Shown piece after piece: positions 9,585 through 22,308 of a stretch of DNA of 64,000 bases. Under the pieces are notes generated by a model that was not told the origin of the DNA, did not search any database, and saw only the letters and a program-made list of their open reading frames with translations. The stretch covers positions 1,312,001-1,376,000 of the forward strand of contig JBKAGP010000001.1 of NCBI GenBank assembly GCA_046290465.1. Reading direction: 5' to 3'. The DNA comes from Planctomycetota bacterium (GTDB lineage: Bacteria > Planctomycetota > UBA1135 > UBA2386). Made by a program: the position numbers and the translations under genes. Numbering within the stretch: the stretch's first letter is position 1; the number at the start of each line of letters is the position of its first letter.

Positions 9585-10985
9585 TCAGCGCCGCCGGGCC
9601 GCGCCGAGGAACGTCAACAGCATCGGCCGCAGCAGGTCGTCCTCGCCGTCGAGAGCGTGCAGCGCGGTCTCGATCGTGGTGCCCATCAGCTGCACCGGGC
9701 TCGCGTCACAGCCGTCGCGCACCAGCAGGATCGTGCGGTGCCAGGCGTCGGCGCGCAGCGACGCGTGGTCCTGGTCGCCGAGCAGGTTGAGCAGCGGCGC
9801 CTTGGCGAGGAAGCGGAACGCCTCCGGGCCGCGCCCGGCCTGGCGCAGCGAACGGTCGGCCAGCGGCACCGCCGCCAGCACCCGGCCGGCGAGGCCGTCG
9901 GTCTCCGCGGTCAGCGCGCTGGTCGCCACCGCCAGGCCGCCTTGGCCGTAGCCGGCTGCGAACCGCAGCGGCGCCCGGCCGGCGGACGCGCGCGCCGCGC
10001 GCAGCTCACGGTAGAGCGCGGTCACGCGTTCGCCGTCGGGGTCGTCGACGACCTGCACGACGACCTCGACCCCGGCCGGCCGGCAGACGTCGACGAGCGC
10101 GCGGCCAAGCTGCCGTTCGCGATCGTCGGCGGCGATCCACAGCATCGCGGAGCGGCTCGCACGCGCCTTTGCGTCGCCGCCGGCGGTCGGGTCGCGCAGG
10201 AAGCGCAGCACCGGTTGCGTGACCTGGTCGCGCCGGGTCCCGAACTGGAACATGTAGTTGGCGTGGTCGCGCAGCGCGTAGCGCTCCGAACGCACCGGCA
10301 CGCCGCGGCGGAGCAGCTCGTCGCGCAGCAGCTGGCCGCACAGGGACAGGCCCGGCAGTTCCCGTTCGGCCCACGCGACGTAGGCCGGGCAATCGCCCTC
10401 GTCGGCATACAGCCACGGGCTGGCCTCGCGTCGCCGCCTGGCGTCGAGGCCGAACACGCCATCCAGCGCGACGTGCCGCGCGCGCACGTCGTAGACGCCG
10501 GACAGCAGCACCGCGCCGCGCAGCGCGCGCTTGGGCACTCCGGCGAGCTGCAGCTTGCGGTCGTCGTAGGCCAGCCAGCTGCAGAGGTGCGCGCCGGACG
10601 AGTGCCCCATCACGAACAGGCGGTCGCCGTCGTAGCCGTAGTCGCGGCCGTGGCGGTGCAGGTAGCCGAGCGCGTGCGCGCAGTCGAGCACCATCACGTC
10701 CGGCCTGGCGAACGGAAACAGCTGCGTGTTGATGACCGCGCACGCGAAGCCGTTGCCGGCCAGGGTCTCGCCGATGCGCGCGAACCGCTCCTTGCGGCCG
10801 CCGGTCCACGAACCGCCGTGCACGAACATGACCAGCGGCGGCGGCGCCTCGACCTGCGGCACGAACAGGTCGAGCCGGTTGCGGCGCGGCTGGCGCGCGA
10901 CCTCGGCATACTGCACGTCCTCGTGCACGGCGACCCGTTCTTGGGGCGCGAGGGCGAGCAGCAGCACGCTGACGGCGGTGATCAT
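9585..10985 (-). CDS. Secreted alpha/beta hydrolase (esterase/lipase) with a second degenerate hydrolase-like domain
   Basis: HGGSW oxyanion motif, GHSSG nucleophile elbow, DH near the end of the domain. Confidence 0.85.
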   Translation of the reverse strand: MITAVSVLLLALAPQERVAVHEDVQYAEVARQPRRNRLDLFVPQVEAPPPLVMFVHGGSWTGGRKERFARIGETLAGNGFACAVINTQLFPFARPDVMVLDCAHALGYLHRHGRDYGYDGDRLFVMGHSSGAHLCSWLAYDDRKLQLAGVPKRALRGAVLLSGVYDVRARHVALDGVFGLDARRRREASPWLYADEGDCPAYVAWAERELPGLSLCGQLLRDELLRRGVPVRSERYALRDHANYMFQFGTRRDQVTQPVLRFLRDPTAGGDAKARASRSAMLWIAADDRERQLGRALVDVCRPAGVEVVVQVVDDPDGERVTALYRELRAARASAGRAPLRFAAGYGQGGLAVATSALTAETDGLAGRVLAAVPLADRSLRQAGRGPEAFRFLAKAPLLNLLGDQDHASLRADAWHRTILLVRDGCDASPVQLMGTTIETALHALDGEDDLLRPMLLTFLGAARRR

Positions 10986-11107
10986 GGGAGCAGCGTAGGC
11001 GCCCTACTTTGCACCGCCAAGCCCCGGCCGTTCTTCGCGGCTGGCGGCTGGCGAAGGTTGCAGGATGAACCGCGTACCGTACGGCAACCTACCGTACGGG
11101 GACCTGG

Positions 11108-14100
11108 TCAGTTGGATTTGCCGAGGAGGTAGGCGATCAGGTCGCGGAGTTCGTCGGCGGAGAGGCGGTCGACGAGGTCGGTGGGCATCGGGGAGATCGG
11201 CGACGGCTCGACCTTGGCGACCTGCTCGACGGGGATGCGCATCGGCACCGCGTCGGCCTTGGCCTCGACGACCTCGTAGACCTGCATGTCGCCGTCCCAG
11301 GTCTTGTGCACGACGCCGAAGTAGGCGGTGCCGTCGTGCTTGGTCAGCACCCGGCCGGAGTACTGGTCGCTGACGACCTTCGACGGCGCGAGGATCGACT
11401 CGAGCAGGTCCGTCGGGCGCATCTTGTTCTTCAGGCTGGTCAGATCGGGACCACCGAAGCCGCCCTCGCCTTCGAAGTAGTGGCACGACGCGCAGCCGGC
11501 GGCGTGGAACAGGTTGCGCCCCGACTTCTTGCGTCGGCCGTCGAAGCCCTGCTCGACGAGCGCGGCGATGTCGGCCTCCTGCCAGTCACGGCCGGGCCCC
11601 TTCGGCGGCTTGCTCTGGAAGCGCTGCTTCTTGGCGCGGGCGCGACCGACGACGAACTCGAGCGCCCGGCGGTGCTCGTCGCTGCAGGTCTCCCAGTGGC
11701 CGTCGATGATCCGGATCACGAAGCCGTCGTAGCTGGCCCCACCCGAACGCGTGCGTGCCTGCTCGAGGAAGCGGAACAGCGTGCGGCGCTGCTCGATGGT
11801 CCAACCGTGCCGCACCAGCCGCAGCGCGTCGGCGATCGCCAGCTGGCCGATCGGCGGCATGTTGGCGAGCATCGTGTTGATGACGCCGCCGTAGCTGGCG
11901 TTGCGCGACGCCAGCTCGGTCCATGCCGGCGGCTCGGACGGCCGCATCTCCGCGAGCATCGGCACCGCCTTGGCCAGCAGTCCCGGTGCATCGACGTAGG
12001 CGAGCAGTTCGCAGAGGTCCTGGTCGACGCGTTCGTCGCCGGACGGGAACAGCGGCAGCAGCCGGTCGCTGACCAGCTGGCCGACGCCGCGATCGACCGG
12101 GCCGAGCCGCATCACCGCGAGCGCGTGCGTGCGCAGCCACGCGATGCGCTGCTCGCGGTCGAGCTGGTCGAAGCAGAACCACCCGAGCGCATGAAGCAAC
12201 GGCTGCAGGTCGCGTTCGGAGCCGCGGCGGGCCAGCGCCATCAGGCCGGCGAACGCGCGCTCGGGCCGCGCCGGATCGACGTCCAGCACGGCCTCCCGGA
12301 TGTCACCGGACGGCAGCCGCTCGAGCGCGATGCGCATCGTCACGAACGGATCCATGCCCGAATGCTCGGCGTCGAGGATCTGCTGGGCGGTGCGCGTCTC
12401 GGTCTCGGTCCACGCAACCGGCTCGCCCCAGCGCTCGAGGCTGGCCGGCTCGCCGGCGAGCAGCGGCAGGCGCACCAGACGCGACGGCAGCCCGCGGCCG
12501 CCGGAGACCGTGTAGATGCAGTCCGGCGTGGTCGCGGTCCAGGTCAGGTCGGCGACCGGCCACGGCGCACCGACGATCCACGGCGCGCCCTCGCGGTAGA
12601 GCGTGCCGAACGTCCAGTCGAGGCCGAAGATGCCGCCGCGTTCGCCCGGCACGTAGATCATGCCGGTCGGCGAGCCGGGGCCGATGTCCTGCAGCGGCGG
12701 CGGCGCGTCCGGGTAGTCGGCCGCCCACTTGGCGCTGCCCTTGCGCCAGCCGTAGTCGACGCCGCTCTGGCCGGCGAGCCAGCGCGTCGGGCGGTACCAC
12801 GGCAGGCCGAGGTCCCACTCCATGTCGGCGTCGTAGATCACGACCTGGCCGTTGGGCAGCACCGCGAAGTCGAACGGATTGCGGAAGCCGCAGCAGATCA
12901 GCTCCCAGTGCTTCGCGTCGGGGTCGATCCGATAGAGGCAGCCGCCCGGCGGCGAGTAGCCGCCCCAGAAACCGCGCGCGTCGTTGATGCGCGGCGTCAG
13001 CCGATCCTCCTGCCACTCCGACGGCACCCGGTTGGCGTCGATCGCGGTCAGCCAGGTCATGTTGCCGTTGAGCACCAGCAGGTGCTCGCCGTCGGGCGCA
13101 ACGGCGATCGAGTGCGGACCGTGCTCGCCGCTGCCGTCGAACTCGCGCAGCAGTTCGACGTGCTCGAGCAGGTCGTCGCCGTCCTTGTCGGTGACGCGAT
13201 AGAGGCCGTCCTTGCCGCCGTTGACGACCGCGTAGAGCGCGTCGCGGAACCACAGCAGGCCGTGCGCACCGGACAGCTCTGCCGGCATCCGCGTGAACGT
13301 CGTGACGTCGCCAACCTCGCGCGCCGGCTCGATCCGGAACAGCCCGGCCTGGCGCTGGTCGCACGAATAGAGGCGGCCCTCGTCGTCGGCGCACAGCGAC
13401 ACCCACGAACCGAGCGAGCGCGGGATCTCGAGCAGCGTCATCGCGCCGTCGACCGGTCCGCCCGCCGCCATGCGCAGGTCGTCGGCCGGGAACGCGACCT
13501 GTGGTGCGTATTCGTCGACGTTGCTGCCGAGCGCGTCGGCACCGACGGTGCCGCTCCAGACGACGTCGCCACCGAGCGCGCCGAGCACGGTCACGCGGGG
13601 CCACGCCACGTCCGAGAAGCCGGGCGCGTCCCAGCCGTCGGGGTCGTCGGCGCTGCAGCGCCAGTGCTGGTCGCTGACGACCTCGCGCACCTGGACCCCC
13701 TCGCGCCACGCCAGCCGCGCGGCCATGCCGGCCGGGCCGCCGTCGTTCCACGCGTGCACCGCGATCACGTTCTCGCCCGGCCTCAGGTACGCGGCGACGT
13801 CGAGCAACGTCGGCGACTCCCACGAGTCGTCGCTGCCGGCCCGCTCGCCGTTGACGTAGATGCGGCAGTGGTTGTCGACCGTCACCCCGAGGCGCGCCTT
13901 GTCGGGCACCGAGTCCAGGCGGAACGAACGCCGGAAGAACAGTTCCTCTTCTTCCTCCGGCGAATCGTCCCAGAGCCACTGCGGCACGGCGCCCTGCGCG
14001 CGCTCCTGCGCCAGCTCGGCCTTGCGGGCATGGGCGCGCAGCAGCGGCGGCACGCTGCCGCGCCAGTTGTCGTGCGCCTTGCCGGAGAACTCGCGCAGCT

Positions 14101-14752
14101 CGAGGTTGCGGTACCAGACCTTCATCTTGGGACCGCGGTGCACCTGCAGCGCGATGCGGCCGTCGCGCGGCGCGGTCTCGCGCTGGTCGAGCAGCGCCGT
14201 GCACAGCTGGCCGTCGAGTTCGTGCCAGACGAGGTCGCCGATCGCGACGATGCGCAGGTCGTGCCAGGTGCCGAAGTCGACCGGCACCGGCGCCGCGAGG
14301 TCGCCGATCACGTCGCGGCCGCCGTCGCGCCAGCGAACGAACTGGCCGTGCTGCGCGACGATGCCGCCCGCCCCTTCGCCGTAGAGCATCGCCGCATACT
14401 CGGGCTTCGGGTGCACGTCGCACTGGTAGCCGACGACCCCGAAGGCACGCTTTCGCAGCACGCGGCTGCGGTACTGCACGCCGCCGTTGTTGTCGCCCTC
14501 CATGCGCACCTGCAGGCGCAGCTCGAAGTCGCCGAACGTGCCTTCGTGGACCAGGAACGTGTTGGCCTTCAGGTCGACGTCGTGGGTCGAGCCCAGCAGG
14601 GCGCCGTCGTCGACCGACCACACCGCGGGATCGCCGGACCAGCCGTCGAGGGTCCTGCCATCGAAGATCGGGACGGCGACGGCGACGTTCTGGGACGCCG
14701 CCACCGCCGCAAACAACATCGCCATCAGAGCCGAGGCAAAAGTCGTGCGCAT
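11108..14752 (-). CDS. Large secreted fusion: DUF1080-like domain, jelly-roll sugar-binding domain, PVC-type beta-propeller and C-terminal c-type heme domain
   Basis: IFDGRTLDGW...GRIALQVH; FFRRSF...VDN...YVNG; GFRNPF; CASCH heme motif followed by GPDLT...LLESILAPS. Confidence 0.85.
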   Translation of the reverse strand: MRTTFASALMAMLFAAVAASQNVAVAVPIFDGRTLDGWSGDPAVWSVDDGALLGSTHDVDLKANTFLVHEGTFGDFELRLQVRMEGDNNGGVQYRSRVLRKRAFGVVGYQCDVHPKPEYAAMLYGEGAGGIVAQHGQFVRWRDGGRDVIGDLAAPVPVDFGTWHDLRIVAIGDLVWHELDGQLCTALLDQRETAPRDGRIALQVHRGPKMKVWYRNLELREFSGKAHDNWRGSVPPLLRAHARKAELAQERAQGAVPQWLWDDSPEEEEELFFRRSFRLDSVPDKARLGVTVDNHCRIYVNGERAGSDDSWESPTLLDVAAYLRPGENVIAVHAWNDGGPAGMAARLAWREGVQVREVVSDQHWRCSADDPDGWDAPGFSDVAWPRVTVLGALGGDVVWSGTVGADALGSNVDEYAPQVAFPADDLRMAAGGPVDGAMTLLEIPRSLGSWVSLCADDEGRLYSCDQRQAGLFRIEPAREVGDVTTFTRMPAELSGAHGLLWFRDALYAVVNGGKDGLYRVTDKDGDDLLEHVELLREFDGSGEHGPHSIAVAPDGEHLLVLNGNMTWLTAIDANRVPSEWQEDRLTPRINDARGFWGGYSPPGGCLYRIDPDAKHWELICCGFRNPFDFAVLPNGQVVIYDADMEWDLGLPWYRPTRWLAGQSGVDYGWRKGSAKWAADYPDAPPPLQDIGPGSPTGMIYVPGERGGIFGLDWTFGTLYREGAPWIVGAPWPVADLTWTATTPDCIYTVSGGRGLPSRLVRLPLLAGEPASLERWGEPVAWTETETRTAQQILDAEHSGMDPFVTMRIALERLPSGDIREAVLDVDPARPERAFAGLMALARRGSERDLQPLLHALGWFCFDQLDREQRIAWLRTHALAVMRLGPVDRGVGQLVSDRLLPLFPSGDERVDQDLCELLAYVDAPGLLAKAVPMLAEMRPSEPPAWTELASRNASYGGVINTMLANMPPIGQLAIADALRLVRHGWTIEQRRTLFRFLEQARTRSGGASYDGFVIRIIDGHWETCSDEHRRALEFVVGRARAKKQRFQSKPPKGPGRDWQEADIAALVEQGFDGRRKKSGRNLFHAAGCASCHYFEGEGGFGGPDLTSLKNKMRPTDLLESILAPSKVVSDQYSGRVLTKHDGTAYFGVVHKTWDGDMQVYEVVEAKADAVPMRIPVEQVAKVEPSPISPMPTDLVDRLSADELRDLIAYLLGKSN

Positions 14753-14857
14753 GGGAGCGCCAGTGTCACCGAGCCTTGGCGCCACGTCCATCCACTGCAC
14801 CGGCTTGCGAGCATCGTCGGCCCGACCGGCTGGCCCGTCCCGTGCTACCCTTGAGGT

Positions 14858-15424
14858 ATGCGCTACCTCCCCCTGCTGATCGGCGCGCTGCTGTTCGCCG
14901 CCCCCGCCAAGGCCGACAAGTTCTGGCTGTCGGACCCCAAGGCCCAGGCCAACGCCGCCGAGGATTCGTCCCCCAACCTCATCGAAGGTGTACTGCTCGC
15001 CGAAGACGAGGACGGCTACCACGTCCGCGTCGAAGGCGGCGAGATCCTGCTGCCGAAGAAAACCGTGTTCAAGGTCGAGAAGGACGGCCTGACCCTCGAC
15101 GCGATCGTCGCGGCCGAGAAGGACAAGCAGGCCGCGCTCGAACGCGCCAATGCCGAGCGACGCCTGGCGCAGCAGACCGCGCGCGCCGAGCGCGAGATCC
15201 GCGCCGCCGAAGCGACGGCCCGCCGCCGCGCCCGTGCGGTCGAGGCCGACGTGTCGCGCGACGGCGGCGAGCGCGTCGAGCCACAGGGCTTCGATCCGGT
15301 GCTCGGCGTCGCCACCGGCGGCAACACCGACGCGGACCTGATGCGCGACGCGCAGATCGCCTGGTCGCTGACCAAGGACCGCCGCTACCTCAAGCTGCTG
15401 CGCCAGCTGCGCCGCCTGCGCTGA
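14858..15424 (+). CDS. Secreted hypothetical protein with coiled coil
   Basis: Signal peptide ending AKA-D; SD GAGG upstream; host codon usage. Confidence 0.75.
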   Translation: MRYLPLLIGALLFAAPAKADKFWLSDPKAQANAAEDSSPNLIEGVLLAEDEDGYHVRVEGGEILLPKKTVFKVEKDGLTLDAIVAAEKDKQAALERANAERRLAQQTARAEREIRAAEATARRRARAVEADVSRDGGERVEPQGFDPVLGVATGGNTDADLMRDAQIAWSLTKDRRYLKLLRQLRRLR

Positions 15425-15490
15425 TCGCCCCCGGCTGCCGACGAGGCCCCCCGCCTCGCCGCGCAGCTGGCCCGACTCAGCTGGCCCGAC

Positions 15491-17422
<1,932 letters not shown>

Positions 17423-17495
17423 CGACAGAAGCTCGCCGAAAGGCGTCGTCGGCGCAAGCGACAGCTCGGCGCCCCTCCCCCCTCCGACGCGCCGA

Positions 17496-18422
17496 CTAGG
17501 TCGCGATCCGGGACTCGGTCGGCCCCGGGCGCGCGACGTCCGCCTTCGGCAACTCGTCGCCGGCGCGCAGGGCGTCGAACAGCACCAGGCCGCGGCCGGA
17601 CTTCTTGACCTGGTACATCAGCGCATCGGCGCGCGCGACGATCGCTTCGACGCTCGCCGACGCCGCCAGCACCGTCAGCACGCCGATCGAGAAGTCGATG
17701 TCGAACGGCTGCCGCCACGCCGCCTTCAGCAGGCGCTTCTGCAGGCGCGTGATCACCCGGCCGGCACCGGCGTCGTCGGCGCCCGGCAGCAGGATCACGA
17801 ACTCGTCGCCGCCCAGCCGCGCGACCATGTCCAGCTCGCGCAGGTCCTCCTGCAGCGCCAGCGCGATCCGGCGCAACAGTTCGTCGCCGGCGTGGTGGCC
17901 GAACGCGTCGTTGACGCCCTTGAAGCCGTCGACGTCGATGTAGGCCAGCGAGAACGGGGTTCCCTGGCGCCGGCCGCGTGCGACCTCGCGCGCCGTCGCC
18001 GACCAGAACGCGCGTCGGTTGTGCAGGTCGGTCAGCGGATCGGTGCGCGCCAGCCGGCGCTCCTGGTCGAGCTGTTCGCGCAGCGTCGCGAGCAGCTGGC
18101 CGAACAGCTGGAAGGCAACGGTCAGCACCACCAGGTTGACGACTTCGAGCGCGGGCGTCAGCTCGTCGGCGTGGGTCGCCAGGTCGATGCCGAGCCAGAT
18201 GCCGGCGCTCAACAGGCCGAAGGCGCCCACGCCGACCCGGCCGATGCCCCAGGCGGCCAGCGAGATCGGCAGCAGGTAGCCGAGGCTGGCCGCGATCTCG
18301 GCACCGCTGAACCAGTCGAGCAGGCCGACGCATGCGAGCAGAACGGCGGCCACCACGGCCACCCGCACGGCACCCATCGACGCCAGACGGTCCAGGGACC
18401 GTTCCCGCCACCCACTGCGCAT
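17496..18422 (-). CDS. Membrane-bound diguanylate cyclase
   Basis: N-terminal TM helices, DPLTDLHNRR, D.D.FK.VND, RELD I-site, intact GGDEF. Confidence 0.93.
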   Translation of the reverse strand: MRSGWRERSLDRLASMGAVRVAVVAAVLLACVGLLDWFSGAEIAASLGYLLPISLAAWGIGRVGVGAFGLLSAGIWLGIDLATHADELTPALEVVNLVVLTVAFQLFGQLLATLREQLDQERRLARTDPLTDLHNRRAFWSATAREVARGRRQGTPFSLAYIDVDGFKGVNDAFGHHAGDELLRRIALALQEDLRELDMVARLGGDEFVILLPGADDAGAGRVITRLQKRLLKAAWRQPFDIDFSIGVLTVLAASASVEAIVARADALMYQVKKSGRGLVLFDALRAGDELPKADVARPGPTESRIAT

Positions 18423-18465
18423 GGCGGGACTCTAGGCCGTCCCGCCCGGGCGCACGAGAGCACAA

Positions 18466-19497
18466 CTAGGAGTTTCGGTCGCCACGGGCAGCTCCGCCCC
18501 GCACCGGAGGCGACTTGGCGGCAAGCTGTTGCAGCAGTTCGCGCTGCTCGTCGGTCAGCTTGTCCGGCAGCGCCAGCCGCACGACCAGGAACAGGTCGCC
18601 GCGGTCGCCATCGGTCCGGTGCAGGCCCTGGCCGCGCAGCCGCAGCCGCTGGCCCGACCGGGTGCCCGCCGGGATCCTGGCGGTGGCCGTGCCGCCGCGC
18701 ACCGCGACGTCGACCCGGGTGTCGTCGAGCAGGTCCCACGGCGCGATCTCGACGGTCGCCTCGACGTCGCCGCGGCCGCGGCTGCGGTAGACGTCGTCGT
18801 CGACCATCCGCAGCGTCAGCAGCAGGTCGCCGGGGCCGGCCGCCCCGGGCTGGCCGAGCCCGCGCAGCCGCAGCACCTGCCGATCGCGCACGTCGTCGGG
18901 GATCTTCAGGTCGATGTTCTTGTGCTGGTTGCTGGCGCCCAGGCCGCCGCACGCCGGACACGCGCCGGTCGCGAGCCGGCCACCGCCACCACAGGTCTCG
19001 CACGGCACCCGCATGCGGAAACCGAACGACCGCTTGCCGCCGAGCAGCGCTTCGCCGACCGACAGCTCGATCTCGGCCTCGGCATCGGCGCCGCGCTGCG
19101 GGGCCCGGTGCGCGCGACGCTGGCCGCCGCCGCCGGCGAACATGTCGCCGAACATCTGCGCGAAGAAGTCGGAGAACCCGCCGCCGCCCATGCCGCCACC
19201 GCCGCCGAACATGTTGGCGAACTGCTCCGGGTCGATGCCGCCGGCACCCTGGAACTCCTGGCCCTGGCGCCAGTTCGCCCCGAGCGAGTCGTAGCGCTTG
19301 CGCTTCTCGGGGTCGCTCAGCACCTCGTTGGCCTCGGCGATCGCCTTGAACTTCTTCTCGACCTCCTCGCGTTCGCTCTCGGGATGGCGGTCGGGGTGCC
19401 ACTCCTTGGCGAGCTTGCGGTAGGCGCGCTTGATCTCGTCGTCGCTGGCGGTGCGCGAGACGCCGAGGGTCTGGTAGTAATCCTGGAAGCTGGTCAC
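18466..19497 (-). CDS. DnaJ/CbpA-type J-domain chaperone
   Basis: J domain with HPD, G/F region, two CxxCxGxG repeats, DnaJ C-terminal domain. Confidence 0.92.
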   Translation of the reverse strand: MTSFQDYYQTLGVSRTASDDEIKRAYRKLAKEWHPDRHPESEREEVEKKFKAIAEANEVLSDPEKRKRYDSLGANWRQGQEFQGAGGIDPEQFANMFGGGGGMGGGGFSDFFAQMFGDMFAGGGGQRRAHRAPQRGADAEAEIELSVGEALLGGKRSFGFRMRVPCETCGGGGRLATGACPACGGLGASNQHKNIDLKIPDDVRDRQVLRLRGLGQPGAAGPGDLLLTLRMVDDDVYRSRGRGDVEATVEIAPWDLLDDTRVDVAVRGGTATARIPAGTRSGQRLRLRGQGLHRTDGDRGDLFLVVRLALPDKLTDEQRELLQQLAAKSPPVRGGAARGDRNS

Positions 19498-19644
19498 GGG
19501 TCGCCTTCCTTCTATGGCTGCGCCCGCCGCCTCGCAACGGCGCGCCCCGCGGAACTGCCGCCACCGCGCGCCATGGCGGGTGGCGTTCGCGGGACTGCCC
19601 CGACGACCGCGGCCGTCGGGGCCCGATCGGCCTGCCCCGACCTG

Positions 19645-22308
19645 CTAGTACAGGCCGGTCGTGATCGCCACGCCGTTCGACGTGCGCGTCGTGTCGCTGA
19701 GCACCGACAGGTCCAGCGTCGCCGACTGGAAGTAGAGGTTCGCGCCGAGCGCGCTCACCGTCGTCAGGTCGACGCCCTCCCAGACCTGCGTGCCGCCGCC
19801 GCCGAACACGACGTCCGGACCGAGGATCAGATCCAGGCTCGCGTGCAGGCTGCAGTTGAGGTTGGCGCTCGGGAACGCGAACGCCAGCGGCAGGGTCAGC
19901 TGCTGCACGCCGACGATGCCGACGTGGAACACCGCCGTCGACGGGATGTTGCTGGTCTGCAGCTGGAACGGCGCGCCGAGCACCGGCGGCGCGATCGCGG
20001 TCAGCTCCAGGCCTTCGCGGTCGATGTCGGCGGCCAGGAAGCCGAACGGCGAGGCGGCCGACAGGTTGCGCGGCCCCGGGTCGTTGCTGACGCCTGCGCC
20101 GCTCTTGCCGACCAGCCAGTCCTCGGGACCGGTGTTGCCGAGCGCGCCGAACGAGATCACGAAGTTGCCGTTGGCCTCGTTGCCCCGGAACTGGATCGTG
20201 ACCGGATCGGACGTCGACCACAGGTAGACGCCGTCGTAGGTCACCATCCACTGGGTGCCCGACTCCTCGTACCAGACCTTGCCGCTGGCGGTCACGTCCG
20301 GCTGCAGGTCGGTCCAGGCGTAGTAGCCCTCCGACGGGTTGGAGAGCATCGTCGTGACGTCCGGCACGAAGCCGTTGCTGTTGCCCGGACCGCGCGCGAC
20401 CCAGCCGTTGGAGCCGACGTGCAGGCCGAGCGTGCCGGCCGCCACCGAGTCGTCGTCGCCGAGGTTGAGCTGGGTCGCCGCGCCGAGCGAACCGATCGCC
20501 AGGATCGTCGCCGGGCGGGTGTTGACGGTGTGCCCGCCGGTGGTCGCGGTGCCGAAGATCTCGAGGCCGGACAGGTCCATGCCCGCCTGCGTCAGGTACT
20601 CGTAGAACGACGTGAACGTCTCGACGCAGCCGGCGCCGTAGGTCTCGGCGACCGCGGTGTCGTCGCAGTTGCCACCGAGCGCGTAGAAGATGTTGGTGTT
20701 GACCACGCGCGGCTCGAAGCCCGGCAGCGTGAACGGCACGTTCGACGCGCGCCCGGCCGTCAGCTGCAGGTCGGCGTTGCTGTAGACCTCCGGGTTGCTG
20801 ACGCCGTTGGTGTAGCTGTGCGCGAAGCCGTTGGCGACCACCGCGACACCGAGGCAGCAGCCTTCGCCGAGCTGCAGCGGCGTGCCGAGCGCGAAGTTGG
20901 TCGGCACGTCGATGCCCGACGCGGTGCCGGCACCGGACGTGCGCAGCACCCAGACGCCGTCGATGTCGTAGCTGCACGAACCGTTGTTGGGCTGCACGTA
21001 GACGTCGATCGACACCGGCGTGCCGGCCGCCACGTCACAGTTGAGATCGAGGTCGCTGATGGTGACGCCGCCCGAACCCGTCAGGGCTTCGAACGAGAAG
21101 TAGACCGCGCCGCCGATCGAGCCGCCGTTGTTGCTGGCGAACGTCGTCGACAGCTGCGGGCCGCCGCCGGGGCCGCACACGCAGACGCCCTGCGGGTTGG
21201 CCAGCGCCGCCTGCAGGCCGGCGTTGTTGGAGCCGGTGCCGTTGTTGGCGCCGCCGCTGAGGCTGCAGCCGGCGTGCGTGTGGATGCCGATCGCGTTGTT
21301 GGTGCCGTCGAGGATCACCGGCGAACCCGAGTTGCCGCCGGTGGTGTCGGTGACGTAGCTGATCGCCGTGCCCGAGAACGCGTTGTACGGACCCGAGTGG
21401 GTCTTCTGTGCCTGGTTCCAGGTCGGCGAGATCGGCGAGCTGGTGGTGCCGTAGCCGGTGATGCGGATGTTCTGGCTGCCGACCGACGGCGGGCCGATCA
21501 GGTCGAACGCGACGTTGCCCTGCGCGGCGTAGGCCGACAGGCCGGTCGTCGAGTTGTCGAAGCAGCCGAAGTAGGCCCAGTCGTCGCCGATGCCCTGGCC
21601 ACCGTTGTCCTGCATCGAGGCCGGGTCGACCGCGTACTGGTCGGACGGCGGCGGGTGGTTGACGGTGCCGTTGTTGTTCGACAGCGGCACGTGGAACTCG
21701 ACGACCTGCGCGCTGCTGCCGCCGACGCAGTGGCCGGCGCTCAACAGGCAGTGGTTGCAGTCCTGGATCAGCCACGCCGTGCAGCCGATCGGCTCGAGTC
21801 GGCCGACGCGGTCGTCGCTGCTCGGCGTGCGGTCGTCGTTGGGCCCGCAGATCGAGTCCTGCAAGCGGAAGGCCGGGCCCGCGATCGCGCTCTTCAGCAG
21901 GAAGCGGTTGTTGCCGGTGCCGGGCTGGGCCAGCAGTTCGACCAGCACCGAACCGCCGTTGAAGTAGGCCGACGTCTCCTGCCACTCGCCGACGTGGCGC
22001 AGGTGCTGCGTCTGCACCGCACCGTCGCGCACCGACGTCAGCCGCAGGAACGAGCCGTCCTTGCCCGGGTCGGGGCTGCCGGACAGCACCACGGCCTCGT
22101 ACTCGAGGCGCAGCCAGGAGGCGTCCTGCACGGTCACGACCGTCGACCAGACGACCTGCGGCACGCCGACCGCAGCCGGCGCGGTGACGTTGTTCTGCAC
22201 GTAGCCCGAGTCGATGTCGAAGTAGTGCGTGGTGCTCTCGGGGTCGACCCCTTGAGCGGCGAGCGCACTGGTCAGGACCAGCGCGACGGCGGCTTGCTTT
22301 GTCTGCAT
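19645..22308 (-). CDS. Secreted trypsin-like (S1) serine protease with C-terminal accessory domains
   Basis: Signal peptide; catalytic triad context SAGHC, DDWA, GGNSGSP. Confidence 0.88.
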   Translation of the reverse strand: MQTKQAAVALVLTSALAAQGVDPESTTHYFDIDSGYVQNNVTAPAAVGVPQVVWSTVVTVQDASWLRLEYEAVVLSGSPDPGKDGSFLRLTSVRDGAVQTQHLRHVGEWQETSAYFNGGSVLVELLAQPGTGNNRFLLKSAIAGPAFRLQDSICGPNDDRTPSSDDRVGRLEPIGCTAWLIQDCNHCLLSAGHCVGGSSAQVVEFHVPLSNNNGTVNHPPPSDQYAVDPASMQDNGGQGIGDDWAYFGCFDNSTTGLSAYAAQGNVAFDLIGPPSVGSQNIRITGYGTTSSPISPTWNQAQKTHSGPYNAFSGTAISYVTDTTGGNSGSPVILDGTNNAIGIHTHAGCSLSGGANNGTGSNNAGLQAALANPQGVCVCGPGGGPQLSTTFASNNGGSIGGAVYFSFEALTGSGGVTISDLDLNCDVAAGTPVSIDVYVQPNNGSCSYDIDGVWVLRTSGAGTASGIDVPTNFALGTPLQLGEGCCLGVAVVANGFAHSYTNGVSNPEVYSNADLQLTAGRASNVPFTLPGFEPRVVNTNIFYALGGNCDDTAVAETYGAGCVETFTSFYEYLTQAGMDLSGLEIFGTATTGGHTVNTRPATILAIGSLGAATQLNLGDDDSVAAGTLGLHVGSNGWVARGPGNSNGFVPDVTTMLSNPSEGYYAWTDLQPDVTASGKVWYEESGTQWMVTYDGVYLWSTSDPVTIQFRGNEANGNFVISFGALGNTGPEDWLVGKSGAGVSNDPGPRNLSAASPFGFLAADIDREGLELTAIAPPVLGAPFQLQTSNIPSTAVFHVGIVGVQQLTLPLAFAFPSANLNCSLHASLDLILGPDVVFGGGGTQVWEGVDLTTVSALGANLYFQSATLDLSVLSDTTRTSNGVAITTGLY

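Noticed and set aside
11077..11099. Twin CCGTACGG palindromes as an operator or terminator
   Set aside because: Short, GC-rich and without a U-tract; cannot be distinguished from chance
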